Origin: Shigella phage JK55
Length of the DNA: 64,000 bases
Strand: one strand, 5' to 3'
Sequence record: MK962758
In this document: in pieces, positions 32,386-50,031 of the stretch
Layout: each line of letters starts with the position of its first letter
Position numbering within the stretch: the stretch's first letter is position 1
Program-made: the position numbers and the translations under genes
The notes under the pieces: generated by a model
What the model saw: only the letters and a program-made list of their open reading frames with translations
The model's database searches: none
Told to the model about the DNA's origin: nothing

Positions 32386-33852
32386 ATGGCAGATATTACA
32401 GAAACACAAGAAAGCTTACCACCATTTAGAATGGGTGAAGTAGGTTCTTTGGGTCTGAAGGTTAAGAATGGAAGAATCTATGAAGAACCTCGTCAGGCAC
32501 TAAGGTTCCCTGAAAGTATTAAAACTTTTCAATTAATGATGCGTGACCCTGCTGTAGCAGCATCTGTAAATATTATTAAGATGTTTGTCAGAAAAGTCAA
32601 CTGGAGATTCGTACCTCCAAAGGGAAAAGAGCAAGACCCTAAAATGCTTGAAAGAGCAGACTTCTTTAATTCTTTAATGGATGACATGGAGCATGATTGG
32701 GCAGATTTTATTAACTCTGTAATGTCATTCTGCACTTATGGGTTCTGTGTTAACGAGAAAGTTTATAAGAAACGTCAGGGCAAGAAAGGGAAGTACCAGT
32801 CTAAGTTTGATGATGGTCTAATTGGATGGGCTAAATTACCAATCAGAAACCAATCAACACTTGATAAGTGGTATTTTGATGAAGACTTTAGAAAAGTTAC
32901 TGGTGTCAGACAAAATCTGAGAAATGTTTCACATATTGCTGGAGCAATTAATCTTGGAGAAAGACCACTAACAAGAAAACTTCCACGAGCTAAATTCATG
33001 CTGTTTAAGTATGATGATGAATATGGAAACCCAGAAGGTCGTTCACCATTACTTAATGCCTATGTACCGTGGAAGTATAAAGTTCAGATTGAAGAGTACG
33101 AAGCTGTTGGTGTTTCAAGAGACTTGGTAGGTATGCCAAAAATTGGTTTACCACCAGATTATCTGGATGAAAATGCAGAACCTGAAAAGAAAGCTTTCGT
33201 ACAATACTGCAAAACTGTTGTTAACGATATGATTGCTAATGATAGAGCAGGTTTAATCTGGCCTAGATATATCGACCCAGATACTAAAGAGGATATTTTC
33301 GAGTTCTCATTAGTATCTAGACAGGGTGCTAAAGCATACGATACAGGTTCTATTATTGACAGATATTCCAAGCAGATTATGATGGCATTTATGTCAGATG
33401 TTCTTGCTATGGGTCAGTCAAAATATGGTTCATTCTCTCTTGCAGATTCTAAGACAAGCTTACTAGCAATGTCAGTGGATATTCTGCTGAAGCAAATTAA
33501 GAACGTAATTAACCGTGATTTAGTTGCACAGACTTATGCTCTTAATATGTGGGATGATGAAGAACATGTACAAATCACATATGATGATATCGAAACTCCA
33601 GACCTTGAAGCAATTGGTTCTTATATTCAGAAGACTGTTGCAGTAGGTGCTTTGGAAGTTGACAAAGAGCTATCTAACAAACTTAGAGAGCATATTGGTC
33701 TTCCTCCTGCTGATGAGTCTCAACCAGTATCTGAAAAGCTTTCTCCAAATAGCCAAAGCCGCTCAGGAGATGGTTATAAGACCGCTGGAGAAGGTACTGC
33801 AAAGACACCTTCAGCGAAAGACCCAAGCACAGCAAATAAGGCAAATAAATAA
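32386..33852 (+). CDS. portal protein
   Basis: About 490-aa protein immediately after terminase, with acidic Gly/Ser-rich C-terminus; start ATG 32386 behind AGGTGAG. Confidence 0.6.
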   Translation: MADITETQESLPPFRMGEVGSLGLKVKNGRIYEEPRQALRFPESIKTFQLMMRDPAVAASVNIIKMFVRKVNWRFVPPKGKEQDPKMLERADFFNSLMDDMEHDWADFINSVMSFCTYGFCVNEKVYKKRQGKKGKYQSKFDDGLIGWAKLPIRNQSTLDKWYFDEDFRKVTGVRQNLRNVSHIAGAINLGERPLTRKLPRAKFMLFKYDDEYGNPEGRSPLLNAYVPWKYKVQIEEYEAVGVSRDLVGMPKIGLPPDYLDENAEPEKKAFVQYCKTVVNDMIANDRAGLIWPRYIDPDTKEDIFEFSLVSRQGAKAYDTGSIIDRYSKQIMMAFMSDVLAMGQSKYGSFSLADSKTSLLAMSVDILLKQIKNVINRDLVAQTYALNMWDDEEHVQITYDDIETPDLEAIGSYIQKTVAVGALEVDKELSNKLREHIGLPPADESQPVSEKLSPNSQSRSGDGYKTAGEGTAKTPSAKDPSTANKANK

Positions 33853-34352
33853 TGGCTGAAGTTATCTCTATTTCAAATGCTACACGAGTGCATTCGTATA
33901 GGGGTGTACTTATCATTACTGATAAATTATCTGTAGAGGCTGGCTCAAGGGTCAGCCTTTCAGGTTATGTAAGTGATGGTGGAGCCTCTGACGTTTTCAC
34001 TATTTGCAGGTTACTTGATGCACCAATGAGTGGAAAACCGTTTATTTCAGGAAATTGTAGTGAAATTGTTAAAATTCCATTTGACAGTTCATGCCTTTTG
34101 GGTGTAAAGTTATATAACTGCGAGAATAAACGTATCAATGTTAATAGCATTGAAGCCGCTTTCATTACCCTCGACACTGCATTTCAATCTCCAATGACAG
34201 TTAATAAAGAAACAAACAGACTTGAGTACATTTTTTCACAAAATGATTACAAAGTACTTGTCAAAGGTAAAGTTTATGATATGATTGTAAATGTGGTAGA
34301 TGAATCTGGTAACCATTCAACAGTCCTTAAACAAAAAGTAAGGTTTAATTAA
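33852..34352 (+). CDS. hypothetical head-module protein
   Basis: ORF between portal and protease genes; overlapping stop/start. Confidence 0.45.
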   Translation: MAEVISISNATRVHSYRGVLIITDKLSVEAGSRVSLSGYVSDGGASDVFTICRLLDAPMSGKPFISGNCSEIVKIPFDSSCLLGVKLYNCENKRINVNSIEAAFITLDTAFQSPMTVNKETNRLEYIFSQNDYKVLVKGKVYDMIVNVVDESGNHSTVLKQKVRFN

Positions 34353-34684
34353 TGGGAACATTAACTATTGATGGTAAGAATAAAATCCTCGCCACGCTAA
34401 CCCCAACGACTATTATTTTACACAATGTAGACCCAACGGCAGACCCTACAGCAAATAAGGTTACTCAGCCAGTGGCTATTTATTTTTCTGAACCGGATAA
34501 TGGCTTAATTGCCTCAGAAGACACAGTTAACATTACTGTCCCAGCTTCTGCAACGGTCTCACACTATAGCTTGTGGGATGCTAACGATAAATGCGTGGCA
34601 ACTGGTGCTCTTAGCAAACCTCAATTCTTTGCTGAAGAAGGTATTTATGTTATCTCTTCAGTCTCTGTAGATTTAAACAAATAG
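34352..34684 (+). CDS. hypothetical head-module protein
   Basis: ORF 110 aa. Confidence 0.45.
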   Translation: MGTLTIDGKNKILATLTPTTIILHNVDPTADPTANKVTQPVAIYFSEPDNGLIASEDTVNITVPASATVSHYSLWDANDKCVATGALSKPQFFAEEGIYVISSVSVDLNK

Positions 34685-34695
34685 GGTGAGTAAAA

Positions 34696-36042
34696 ATGAG
34701 TTCGAATATCTTCAGACTTGCTGATAGATTATTCAACCAACCTTTACTAGCCACTGAATCATTAGCTCACTCAGCAGCAACTTATGTGAATAACAGATTG
34801 CTGGGTGATGTCCAAGCAGCAGTAAACTTTGATAAACCCAAAGGTGAAGCAAGAAGTCTTTTAAAAGTGAAAGATGACATTGCTATTATCCCTATTATGG
34901 GTGGTTTAACCCATCGTATGACATTCATTGATGCAATGTGTACAGGTGGATTAAGCTCTTATGAAGGTTTGCGTAGAGGCTTTGACGAAGCTTTAGCAGA
35001 TGAGTCAATCAAGACTATTGTTCTGCACATCGATTCTGGTGGTGGTGAAGCTTCAGGTTGCTTTGAATTAGCACGTCACATTATGGCTTCAAGAGGCCAA
35101 AAGAAAATTATTGCTTATGTAGATGAGTTCGCTTGTTCCGCTGCATACGCTCTTGCATCTTCTGCTGAAGAAATTATCGCATCACCAGATGCAGATGTTG
35201 GTTCGATTGGTGTAATTATGGTTCATCAGGAATTAACTAAGGCATTTGAAAAGAATGGCGTAACAATTAACGTCATCAAAGCTGGTGAGTTTAAAGGTAT
35301 GGGTTCACCATTCCAAGCACTTTCAGAAGAAAGCAAAGAAAGACTTCAAAAGAGAATTAATGATACCTACGCAACCTTTACAGGTTTTGTAGCCGAATCT
35401 CGTAATCTCTCTGAAGAAGCTGTAAAGAATACTGAGGCGAATGTTTATTCTGCTCAGGAAGCTCTTGAACTTGGTTTAATTAACTCAATCATGTCTCAAG
35501 ATGATTTCTTAAATTACTTACAAGGTTCTGAAGAGGCTCCTGTAAGTTTAAACGTTAACAATTCAGGTGAAGAAATGACTGAACAAGAAAAGCAAGAACT
35601 AGAAGCTTTGCGTCTTCAGGTTGCTCAAATGAAAGCTAAAGAACAGGAAGCTGCTTTGTCAGATTTGACTAATAAGATTTCTGCTTCTGCTGAAGCTTTT
35701 GGATTTGATGCAAAAGAAGCTGCAACGACTATTTTAGGTGCTGGTCTTGATAACCCTCTGAGTGTTCTGTTTATGAATGCTATGGAAGGTGCTAACCAGA
35801 AACTTAATGAAACTATCGCGTCCCATGCTTCTGCAATGGAAGAAAAAGAATCAGAAATTACCAAGCTGAAAGAAACTGCTGGTGCTGTTCTTGAACATTC
35901 TAATGCTATGGAAGAAATGGGTAATGACGGCGAAGCTGATTTGGTTGAAGAAGAAAAAGAACCAGCTAAGAATGCTTCCGAAGACACCGCTGAACAACGC
36001 AAACTGGCTCTCCAGAATGCTCTAAAATCTCTTATCAAATAA
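34696..36042 (+). CDS. prohead protease (S49/SppA-like) fused to coiled-coil scaffold domain
   Basis: Motifs IVLHIDSGGGEASG and FACSAAYALASSA resemble the SppA/lambda C peptidase core; C-terminal about 170 aa are Ala/Glu/Lys-rich helical. Confidence 0.65.
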   Translation: MSSNIFRLADRLFNQPLLATESLAHSAATYVNNRLLGDVQAAVNFDKPKGEARSLLKVKDDIAIIPIMGGLTHRMTFIDAMCTGGLSSYEGLRRGFDEALADESIKTIVLHIDSGGGEASGCFELARHIMASRGQKKIIAYVDEFACSAAYALASSAEEIIASPDADVGSIGVIMVHQELTKAFEKNGVTINVIKAGEFKGMGSPFQALSEESKERLQKRINDTYATFTGFVAESRNLSEEAVKNTEANVYSAQEALELGLINSIMSQDDFLNYLQGSEEAPVSLNVNNSGEEMTEQEKQELEALRLQVAQMKAKEQEAALSDLTNKISASAEAFGFDAKEAATTILGAGLDNPLSVLFMNAMEGANQKLNETIASHASAMEEKESEITKLKETAGAVLEHSNAMEEMGNDGEADLVEEEKEPAKNASEDTAEQRKLALQNALKSLIK

Positions 36043-36053
36043 GGAACACAATA

Positions 36054-36431
36054 ATGGCATATCAAGGTTTTACTAAGTTAGGTAACAGAGAACCTCTGAA
36101 TGATATCATTCTTTGGGAACAGATTACACCAACAGGCCACTCTCGTAAAGAGTACACTCCAGTTGCTTCAACAGAATACCGCGTAGGTGAAGTTCTGAAA
36201 GCAGATGGTACTAAGGTACAAGCTGGAGAAGAAGCCCAAGCAGACTCTGTATGTATCGTTAATTTCTACGCAGACCTGCAACTGTCTTATCATGGTCAGT
36301 TGAAAGTGGTAGGTATCCACCGTGATGCAGAACTGAAAGACCTGCTAACTCTTGAATCAAGCGTTGATGCTACTGAAGTCAAGAAAGCTCTGGCTGCTAA
36401 AGGTATTGATTTCGTACCAACTGGCCTGTAA
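36054..36431 (+). CDS. head decoration protein candidate
   Basis: 125-aa ORF between protease-scaffold and major capsid genes (lambda D position). Confidence 0.45.
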   Translation: MAYQGFTKLGNREPLNDIILWEQITPTGHSRKEYTPVASTEYRVGEVLKADGTKVQAGEEAQADSVCIVNFYADLQLSYHGQLKVVGIHRDAELKDLLTLESSVDATEVKKALAAKGIDFVPTGL

Positions 36432-36464
36432 TAACAATAATAAGACATTCTGGAGAATTTTACA

Positions 36465-37574
36465 ATGTTGACTAATTCTGAAAAAAGCAGATTTTTCCTT
36501 GCTGACCTGACTGGTGAAGTCCAGTCTATCCCTAATACTTATGGGTATATTTCCAACTTAGGTCTGTTCCGTTCAGCACCAATCACCCAAACTACTTTCC
36601 TTATGGACTTGACTGATTGGGATGTTAGCTTGCTTGATGCGGTAGACCGTGATAGCCGTAAAGCAGAGACTAGCGCACCTGAGCGTGTTCGTCAAATCAG
36701 CTTCCCAATGATGTACTTCAAAGAAGTTGAAAGCATTACTCCTGATGAGATTCAGGGTGTACGTCAGCCAGGCACTGCAAACGAACTGACTACTGAAGCT
36801 GTAGTACGTGCTAAGAAGCTGATGAAGATTCGTACCAAGTTCGATATTACTCGTGAGTTCTTGTTTATGCAAGCTCTGAAGGGTAAAGTTGTTGATGCTC
36901 GTGGTACTCTGTATGCTGACCTGTACAAGCAGTTCGACGTTGAGAAGAAGACTATTTACTTCGACCTTGACAACCCTAATGCTGACATCGATGCTGCTAT
37001 TGAAGAACTGCGTATGCACATGGAAGACGAAGCTAAGACTGGCACTGTAATCAACGGTGAAGAAATTCACGTAGTTGTTGACCGTGTATTCTTCAGCAAA
37101 CTGGTTAAGCACCCTAAGATTCGTGACGCTTATCTTGCACAGCAGACTCCACTGGCTTGGCAACAGATTACTGGTTCTCTGAGAACTGGTGGTGCTGACG
37201 GCGTTCAGGCTCATATGAACACTTTCTACTACGGTGGTGTTAAGTTTGTCCAGTACAACGGTAAGTTCAAAGACAAGCGTGGTAAGGTTCATACTCTGGT
37301 TAGTATTGATGGTGTTACTCAGGATGGAACTGTAGGTGTAGGTCATGCTTTCCCTAACGTTTCTATGCTGGGTGAAGCAAACAACATCTTCGAAGTGGCA
37401 TATGGCCCATGTCCTAAGATGGGTTATGCAAATACTCTGGGTCAGGAACTGTACGTATTCGAATACGAAAAAGACCGTGACGAAGGTATTGACTTTGAAG
37501 CTCACTCTTACATGCTGCCATACTGCACACGTCCTCAGTTGCTGGTAGATGTTCGTTCTGACGCTCAAGAATAA
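36465..37574 (+). CDS. major capsid protein
   Basis: 369-aa ORF after protease/decoration genes; strongly biased codon usage; lambda E-like order. Confidence 0.65.
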   Translation: MLTNSEKSRFFLADLTGEVQSIPNTYGYISNLGLFRSAPITQTTFLMDLTDWDVSLLDAVDRDSRKAETSAPERVRQISFPMMYFKEVESITPDEIQGVRQPGTANELTTEAVVRAKKLMKIRTKFDITREFLFMQALKGKVVDARGTLYADLYKQFDVEKKTIYFDLDNPNADIDAAIEELRMHMEDEAKTGTVINGEEIHVVVDRVFFSKLVKHPKIRDAYLAQQTPLAWQQITGSLRTGGADGVQAHMNTFYYGGVKFVQYNGKFKDKRGKVHTLVSIDGVTQDGTVGVGHAFPNVSMLGEANNIFEVAYGPCPKMGYANTLGQELYVFEYEKDRDEGIDFEAHSYMLPYCTRPQLLVDVRSDAQE

Positions 37575-37595
37575 TATTCTTAAGGAGGGTTATGA

Positions 37596-38045
37596 ATGTG
37601 TTATACAGGCGACCCAGCCAATAACCCTCTTGATAGAGTAAGAATCCTCTGCACAGACACCAATAATGATGAAATTCTTATTGAGCAGTCTGTGCTAGAG
37701 TGGTTCTATCTAGAATCTGGAAAGGATGAAAAGAAAGCAGCCATCAAAGCTCTTAAATATTTACTCTTTCAAGTAGCCAAGATGGGAGATGAGAAGGTTG
37801 GTGGTGTTTATTTACGTAACTCTTCCAGATTCAAGTCTCTGAAAGCTGTTTATGACGACCTTGTTAAAAGCTCTGTTTCAGGACTACCCTATGCAGGTGG
37901 TATTAATCAGTGTGATATTGACATGCGTCGTCAGAATCCTTGCTCTGTCAAGAAATACACAGAATATGGTGATGCTGCCAGATACGAAGGCAGAGATTAC
38001 TGCAACCGTGTTAATGGCGTATTTATTATCGAGCGAGATGAATAA
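37596..38045 (+). CDS. head-tail connector/completion protein candidate
   Basis: Position between capsid and tail genes. Confidence 0.4.
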   Translation: MCYTGDPANNPLDRVRILCTDTNNDEILIEQSVLEWFYLESGKDEKKAAIKALKYLLFQVAKMGDEKVGGVYLRNSSRFKSLKAVYDDLVKSSVSGLPYAGGINQCDIDMRRQNPCSVKKYTEYGDAARYEGRDYCNRVNGVFIIERDE

Positions 38046-38527
38046 TGGTTAAAAGGGTTATTCACCCCGCTAGAGCAAAATTAGTCGGGGCTATGAAGAA
38101 CTTGCAAACGGCTAATGCTCAAGTTGGGTATTTTCAAGAACAAGGTCAACATAGCTCTGGTTTTTCTTATCCTGCTTTAATGTATTTACAAGAAGTTATT
38201 GGGGTTCCTTCAGCTTCTGGTAAAGTATATCGTAGGTTGTTTGAAATTACTATGATGCTAAACAAACAGACCTTGTTAGAGCAGACTAAGAAGAATCTAT
38301 ATAAGCAACTTAGCAGTCTCAACACAGACCCTTCGAATACCTTAGAAGCATTTGCAAAAAATGCTCAAAAGGCAATTAAAAGAGGCTTTGGTAATTCTGC
38401 TATCCTCCCTCCTAACGCACCTTCCACAGTCAAGAAAAAAGGCTTTAATGCACCTCTTGTTGAGACAGGTGACTTAAGAGATAACCTTGCTTATAAAATT
38501 TCTACTAAGAAGGGTATTAAGAAATGA
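38045..38527 (+). CDS. head-tail connector/completion protein candidate
   Basis: Position; overlapping start/stop. Confidence 0.4.
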   Translation: MVKRVIHPARAKLVGAMKNLQTANAQVGYFQEQGQHSSGFSYPALMYLQEVIGVPSASGKVYRRLFEITMMLNKQTLLEQTKKNLYKQLSSLNTDPSNTLEAFAKNAQKAIKRGFGNSAILPPNAPSTVKKKGFNAPLVETGDLRDNLAYKISTKKGIKK

Positions 38528-38925
38528 GACTCTTAAACAGACACAGCTTTGTAGTAAAGCGTAAAGTCTCTGAAGACGGTTATTATAACGATGATGGTGA
38601 TTGGGTAGCTTCACAAGATATTGTAGAGGTTAACTGTAAAGGTAATATCCAGCCATATATCAAAGGTTCTGTAAAGAACGGTACACAGATTGCTTTACCG
38701 GAAGGTATTAGACTTACCGATACAAGAATCCTGTATACCACATATAAGCTTAGAACTTCAGATGATGTAGAGTGGAATGAGTCTGATATTGTTATGATTG
38801 ATGGTCATGAGTATGAAGTATTTATGACTATGGATTGGTCACAGCAATTAGCCCATACGTCCCATTATGAATATATCATTATTAGAAGGGATAAAATGAA
38901 TGCAGTTAGAAACAGCAGAACTTGA
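38524..38925 (+). CDS. head-tail connector/completion protein candidate
   Basis: Position. Confidence 0.4.
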   Translation: MRLLNRHSFVVKRKVSEDGYYNDDGDWVASQDIVEVNCKGNIQPYIKGSVKNGTQIALPEGIRLTDTRILYTTYKLRTSDDVEWNESDIVMIDGHEYEVFMTMDWSQQLAHTSHYEYIIIRRDKMNAVRNSRT

Positions 38926-39499
38926 AAAAGGTCTAGTTAGAACCTTAGTGGATGTTATTGGTCACAGACTAGCTCGTGATAAAAATAATAGGCCAAACGT
39001 AATTAGAGCTTACCCTTCTGATAACTCAAATGACAAAGGTTTAAAACCTGACCAGCCATTTATCACCGTATATTGTCAAGATGCTGCAACACCTTATGGT
39101 TGGGTTCTTGATAAGTTTGTTGAGGATGATGTAGTTTGCTACAGAATTGCTTTTCAGATTCCTGTATTGATTACGGTAAATGGTAAAGGTGCTCACAGTA
39201 TTATGCTTGAGCTTAAACAACGATTAGAGATGAGTTCAGTCAGAGATTTAATCCTTGAAGAAACAGGAGCTACAGTACTAGACACTGGAGCTATCCCGAA
39301 TGACTACACTTATCTCAATACAGATTTCGAAAATTCTGCGCCTCTTGTTGTAACTCTTGTAAAAAACTCAGTCCTGAAGGATGAACGTGGAAGTATTATT
39401 GAGCGTGTCATTGTTGATGGTGAGTTGGTTTATGAAGAAGGACAAGAGCCACCAGAATATACTATCCATCTAGATGTAGACTCCAAAGGGGTAAAATAA
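38900..39499 (+). CDS. tail completion protein candidate
   Basis: Position before sheath gene. Confidence 0.4.
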   Translation: MQLETAELEKGLVRTLVDVIGHRLARDKNNRPNVIRAYPSDNSNDKGLKPDQPFITVYCQDAATPYGWVLDKFVEDDVVCYRIAFQIPVLITVNGKGAHSIMLELKQRLEMSSVRDLILEETGATVLDTGAIPNDYTYLNTDFENSAPLVVTLVKNSVLKDERGSIIERVIVDGELVYEEGQEPPEYTIHLDVDSKGVK

Positions 39500-40852
39500 A
39501 TGTGGAATCCAATTGTTAATGTAGATATTACATTGAACACCGCAGGAACTACAAGAGAAGGTTTTGGTTTGCCACTATTCTTAGCTTCAACAGATAACTT
39601 TGAAGAAAGAGTGCGTGGTTACACTTCCTTAACTGAAGTTGCTGAAGATTTCGATGAGAGGTCTGCTGCATATAAGGCTGCTAAACAACTTTGGAGTCAG
39701 ACTCCTAAAGTAACTCAGCTTTATATTGGTAGACGTGCTATGCAGTACACTGTATCAATTCCTGATGCCGTTACCGAAAGTACAGACTACTCAATTACTG
39801 TAGCTGTTGGCGGTGGAATTTCTCAACCATACCAGTACACAGCACAAGATTCAGACACTGCTGAGGTAGTGTTGCAACAGTTTAAAACACAGATTGAAGC
39901 TGACCCAACAATCAAAGATAAGGTTTCTGTGAATGTAACTGGTAGCAATGGCTCTGCCACAATGATTATTACCAAAGCTGGTGATAATGACTTTGTGAAA
40001 GTAACAACCACAGCACAGACTGTATATATTGCAAGTACAACTGCTGATACAGCAGCAACTGCTCTGGCAGCTATCGAAGCTTACTCTACTGACTGGTATT
40101 TCATTGCAGCAGAAGACAGAACTCAACAGTTTGTCTTAGCAATGGCTTCTGAGATTCAGGCTCGTAAGAAAATCTTCTTTACGGCTAACTCTGATGTAAC
40201 AGCCCTACAAGGTACAGAATTAGCCAGTGCAAATGATGTTCCAGCACAGCTTGCTAAGAATATGTACACTCGTACAGTTTGCTTGTGGCATCACGCAGCA
40301 GCAGAAGATTACCCAGAGATGGCATACATTGCTTATGGTGCTCCATATGATGCAGGCTCAATTGCTTGGGGTAATGCTCAGCTAACTGGCGTAGCAGCTT
40401 CTCTACAACCATCTAATCAGAGACCTCTGACAAGTATTCAGAAGTCTGCTTTAGATGTACGTCACTGTAACTTTATTGACCTTGATGGTGGTGTTCCAGT
40501 GGTTCGTAGAGGGATTACTTCTGGTGGGGAATGGATTGATATCGTCCGTGGTGTTGACTGGTTAGAATCAGACCTGAAAACTTCTCTGAGAGACTTGCTA
40601 ATTAACCAGAAGGGTGGTAAGATTACTTATGATGATACTGGTATTACCCGTATTCGTCAAGTCATTGAAACCTCTCTGCAAAGAGCAGTCAACAGAAACT
40701 TCCTGTCATCTTACACAGTTAATGTTCCTAAAGCCTCTCAAGTTGCTTTAGCAGACAAGAAAGCACGTATCCTGAAAGATGTTACCTTCGCAGGTATCTT
40801 AGCAGGGGCTATCTTGGATGTTGACTTGAAAGGTACAGTGGCTTACGAATAA
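39500..40852 (+). CDS. tail sheath protein candidate
   Basis: 450-aa protein followed by a 148-aa tube-size protein, chaperone pair and tape measure (P2/Mu-type order). Confidence 0.5.
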   Translation: MWNPIVNVDITLNTAGTTREGFGLPLFLASTDNFEERVRGYTSLTEVAEDFDERSAAYKAAKQLWSQTPKVTQLYIGRRAMQYTVSIPDAVTESTDYSITVAVGGGISQPYQYTAQDSDTAEVVLQQFKTQIEADPTIKDKVSVNVTGSNGSATMIITKAGDNDFVKVTTTAQTVYIASTTADTAATALAAIEAYSTDWYFIAAEDRTQQFVLAMASEIQARKKIFFTANSDVTALQGTELASANDVPAQLAKNMYTRTVCLWHHAAAEDYPEMAYIAYGAPYDAGSIAWGNAQLTGVAASLQPSNQRPLTSIQKSALDVRHCNFIDLDGGVPVVRRGITSGGEWIDIVRGVDWLESDLKTSLRDLLINQKGGKITYDDTGITRIRQVIETSLQRAVNRNFLSSYTVNVPKASQVALADKKARILKDVTFAGILAGAILDVDLKGTVAYE

Positions 40853-40867
40853 TAGAGGTAAATTGGA

Positions 40868-41314
40868 ATGGCTATGTATCAGCAATATTCCCCTAAAGAC
40901 GTTGTATGTAGCTGGAACGGCATTGCTATTGAAGGCTTTGCTCCAGACTCATTCTTGCGTCTACAGAGAACATCACCACTTGTGACACCAGTTGTTGGTG
41001 CAGGTGGTCAGGTTGCTCTGACAAGAAATGCAGACAAGACAGGTACTATTGAGATTGAGTTAATGCAGACTTCTCTCTCTAACCAGATGCTTTCTGCAAT
41101 TCAAGCTAAACAAGACAATATGGAACTTGAAGAAGATATCTCTTCTAACTTCGTAATCTACGACCCATCAGGCTCTGTTCTGGCAACTGGTATTAACGCT
41201 TGGTTGCAGGAGTTACCGCAGATTGAACTTGGTCGTGACCAGAACTCTAAAACTTGGATTTTTGGTTGTGAGAAGTTAGACTACACTTCTACAATTCCAG
41301 CGTCAAGTGTTTAA
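40868..41314 (+). CDS. tail tube protein candidate
   Basis: 148 aa, immediately before chaperone genes; followed by terminator. Confidence 0.5.
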   Translation: MAMYQQYSPKDVVCSWNGIAIEGFAPDSFLRLQRTSPLVTPVVGAGGQVALTRNADKTGTIEIELMQTSLSNQMLSAIQAKQDNMELEEDISSNFVIYDPSGSVLATGINAWLQELPQIELGRDQNSKTWIFGCEKLDYTSTIPASSV

Positions 41315-41326
41315 TAAATCCTATAA

Positions 41327-41358
41327 GGGGGAGACTTTAAAAGGTCTTCCCCTTTTTT
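41327..41358 (+). terminator. rho-independent terminator after tube gene
   Basis: GGGGAGAC...GTCTTCCCC stem plus TTTTTT. Confidence 0.55.
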
Positions 41359-41387
41359 GTTTCTTTTAAAAGTATTAAGGAATCACA

Positions 41388-41786
41388 ATGAAAACAGAAT
41401 CTAGAGTAATTAATGGTAAGAAAGTAAATATCATCCTGCTTGGGGCAAGAGATGGTATTAAGATGTCTATGAAGTTGGGTAAAATTGTTGTTCCAACATT
41501 TGCACAGATGCTGTCAAGTCTTACGGATAAAGATAAGAAAGAAGCTCCAATGGTTCCATTTAAAGAGCTTGTTGAAGCTTGTTTTGACAGAATTGAAGAA
41601 ATTAACCTTGAAGAGATGGCAACCCTGTTATTTCAAGGGGCAACTGTTGATGACTTCCCACTTAATATTGATACGTACTTCCAAGCAAACTATGGTGAGT
41701 TCATTGATTACTTAGCATTTGCGCTGGAGGCAAACTTCGGAAGTTTTTTCGAAGCAAGCATTTTCAAAAGCCTAACTTCTCAGTAA
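41388..41786 (+). CDS. tail assembly chaperone (G/E-like)
   Basis: Position upstream of tape measure; slippery heptamer T_TTT_TTC at 41744-41750 with -1 frame open into the next gene. Confidence 0.6.
   Translation: MKTESRVINGKKVNIILLGARDGIKMSMKLGKIVVPTFAQMLSSLTDKDKKEAPMVPFKELVEACFDRIEEINLEEMATLLFQGATVDDFPLNIDTYFQANYGEFIDYLAFALEANFGSFFEASIFKSLTSQ
41744..41750 (+). promoter_or_regulatory. candidate -1 programmed ribosomal frameshift slippery site (T TTT TTC)
   Basis: Heptamer in the zero frame of the chaperone gene; -1 frame is stop-free from 41708 through the ATG at 41789. Confidence 0.5.
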
Positions 41787-41788
41787 AC

Positions 41789-42027
41789 ATGGGTAACACT
41801 CTACAGACACCACTAACTGATGCTGCTGTAGAGGCAACCTATGAAGAAGCAGACGAGATGAAATTTGTGCTTGCTATTTATGGTATGGAAGGGTGTAAAG
41901 AAACACTTGACCAACTCTTTGCTATGACATTCTCTGATTTATTATCATTGAGACAATTTCTTGAAATTCAGAGGTCGTATAAAGAGGAAATTGCTTACAA
42001 CGAACTTAGAAGAGCAGGAAAAATGTA

Positions 42028-42028
<1 letters not shown>
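41789..42028 (+). CDS. tail assembly chaperone extension (GT/E'-like)
   Basis: 79-aa ORF in -1 frame relative to upstream chaperone, just before tape measure. Confidence 0.5.
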
Positions 42029-50029
<8,001 letters not shown>

Positions 50030-50031
50030 TA

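Noticed and set aside
36573-37568. 331-aa ORF on the minus strand fully inside the major capsid gene
   Set aside because: Completely antisense to a strongly supported structural gene; low-complexity translation; typical chance antisense ORF caused by the codon bias of the sense gene.
41485-41715. 76-aa ORF in a third frame within the first tail chaperone gene as the frameshift product
   Set aside because: Its frame does not connect to the downstream chaperone ORF; the -1 frame reached from the TTTTTTC site does.
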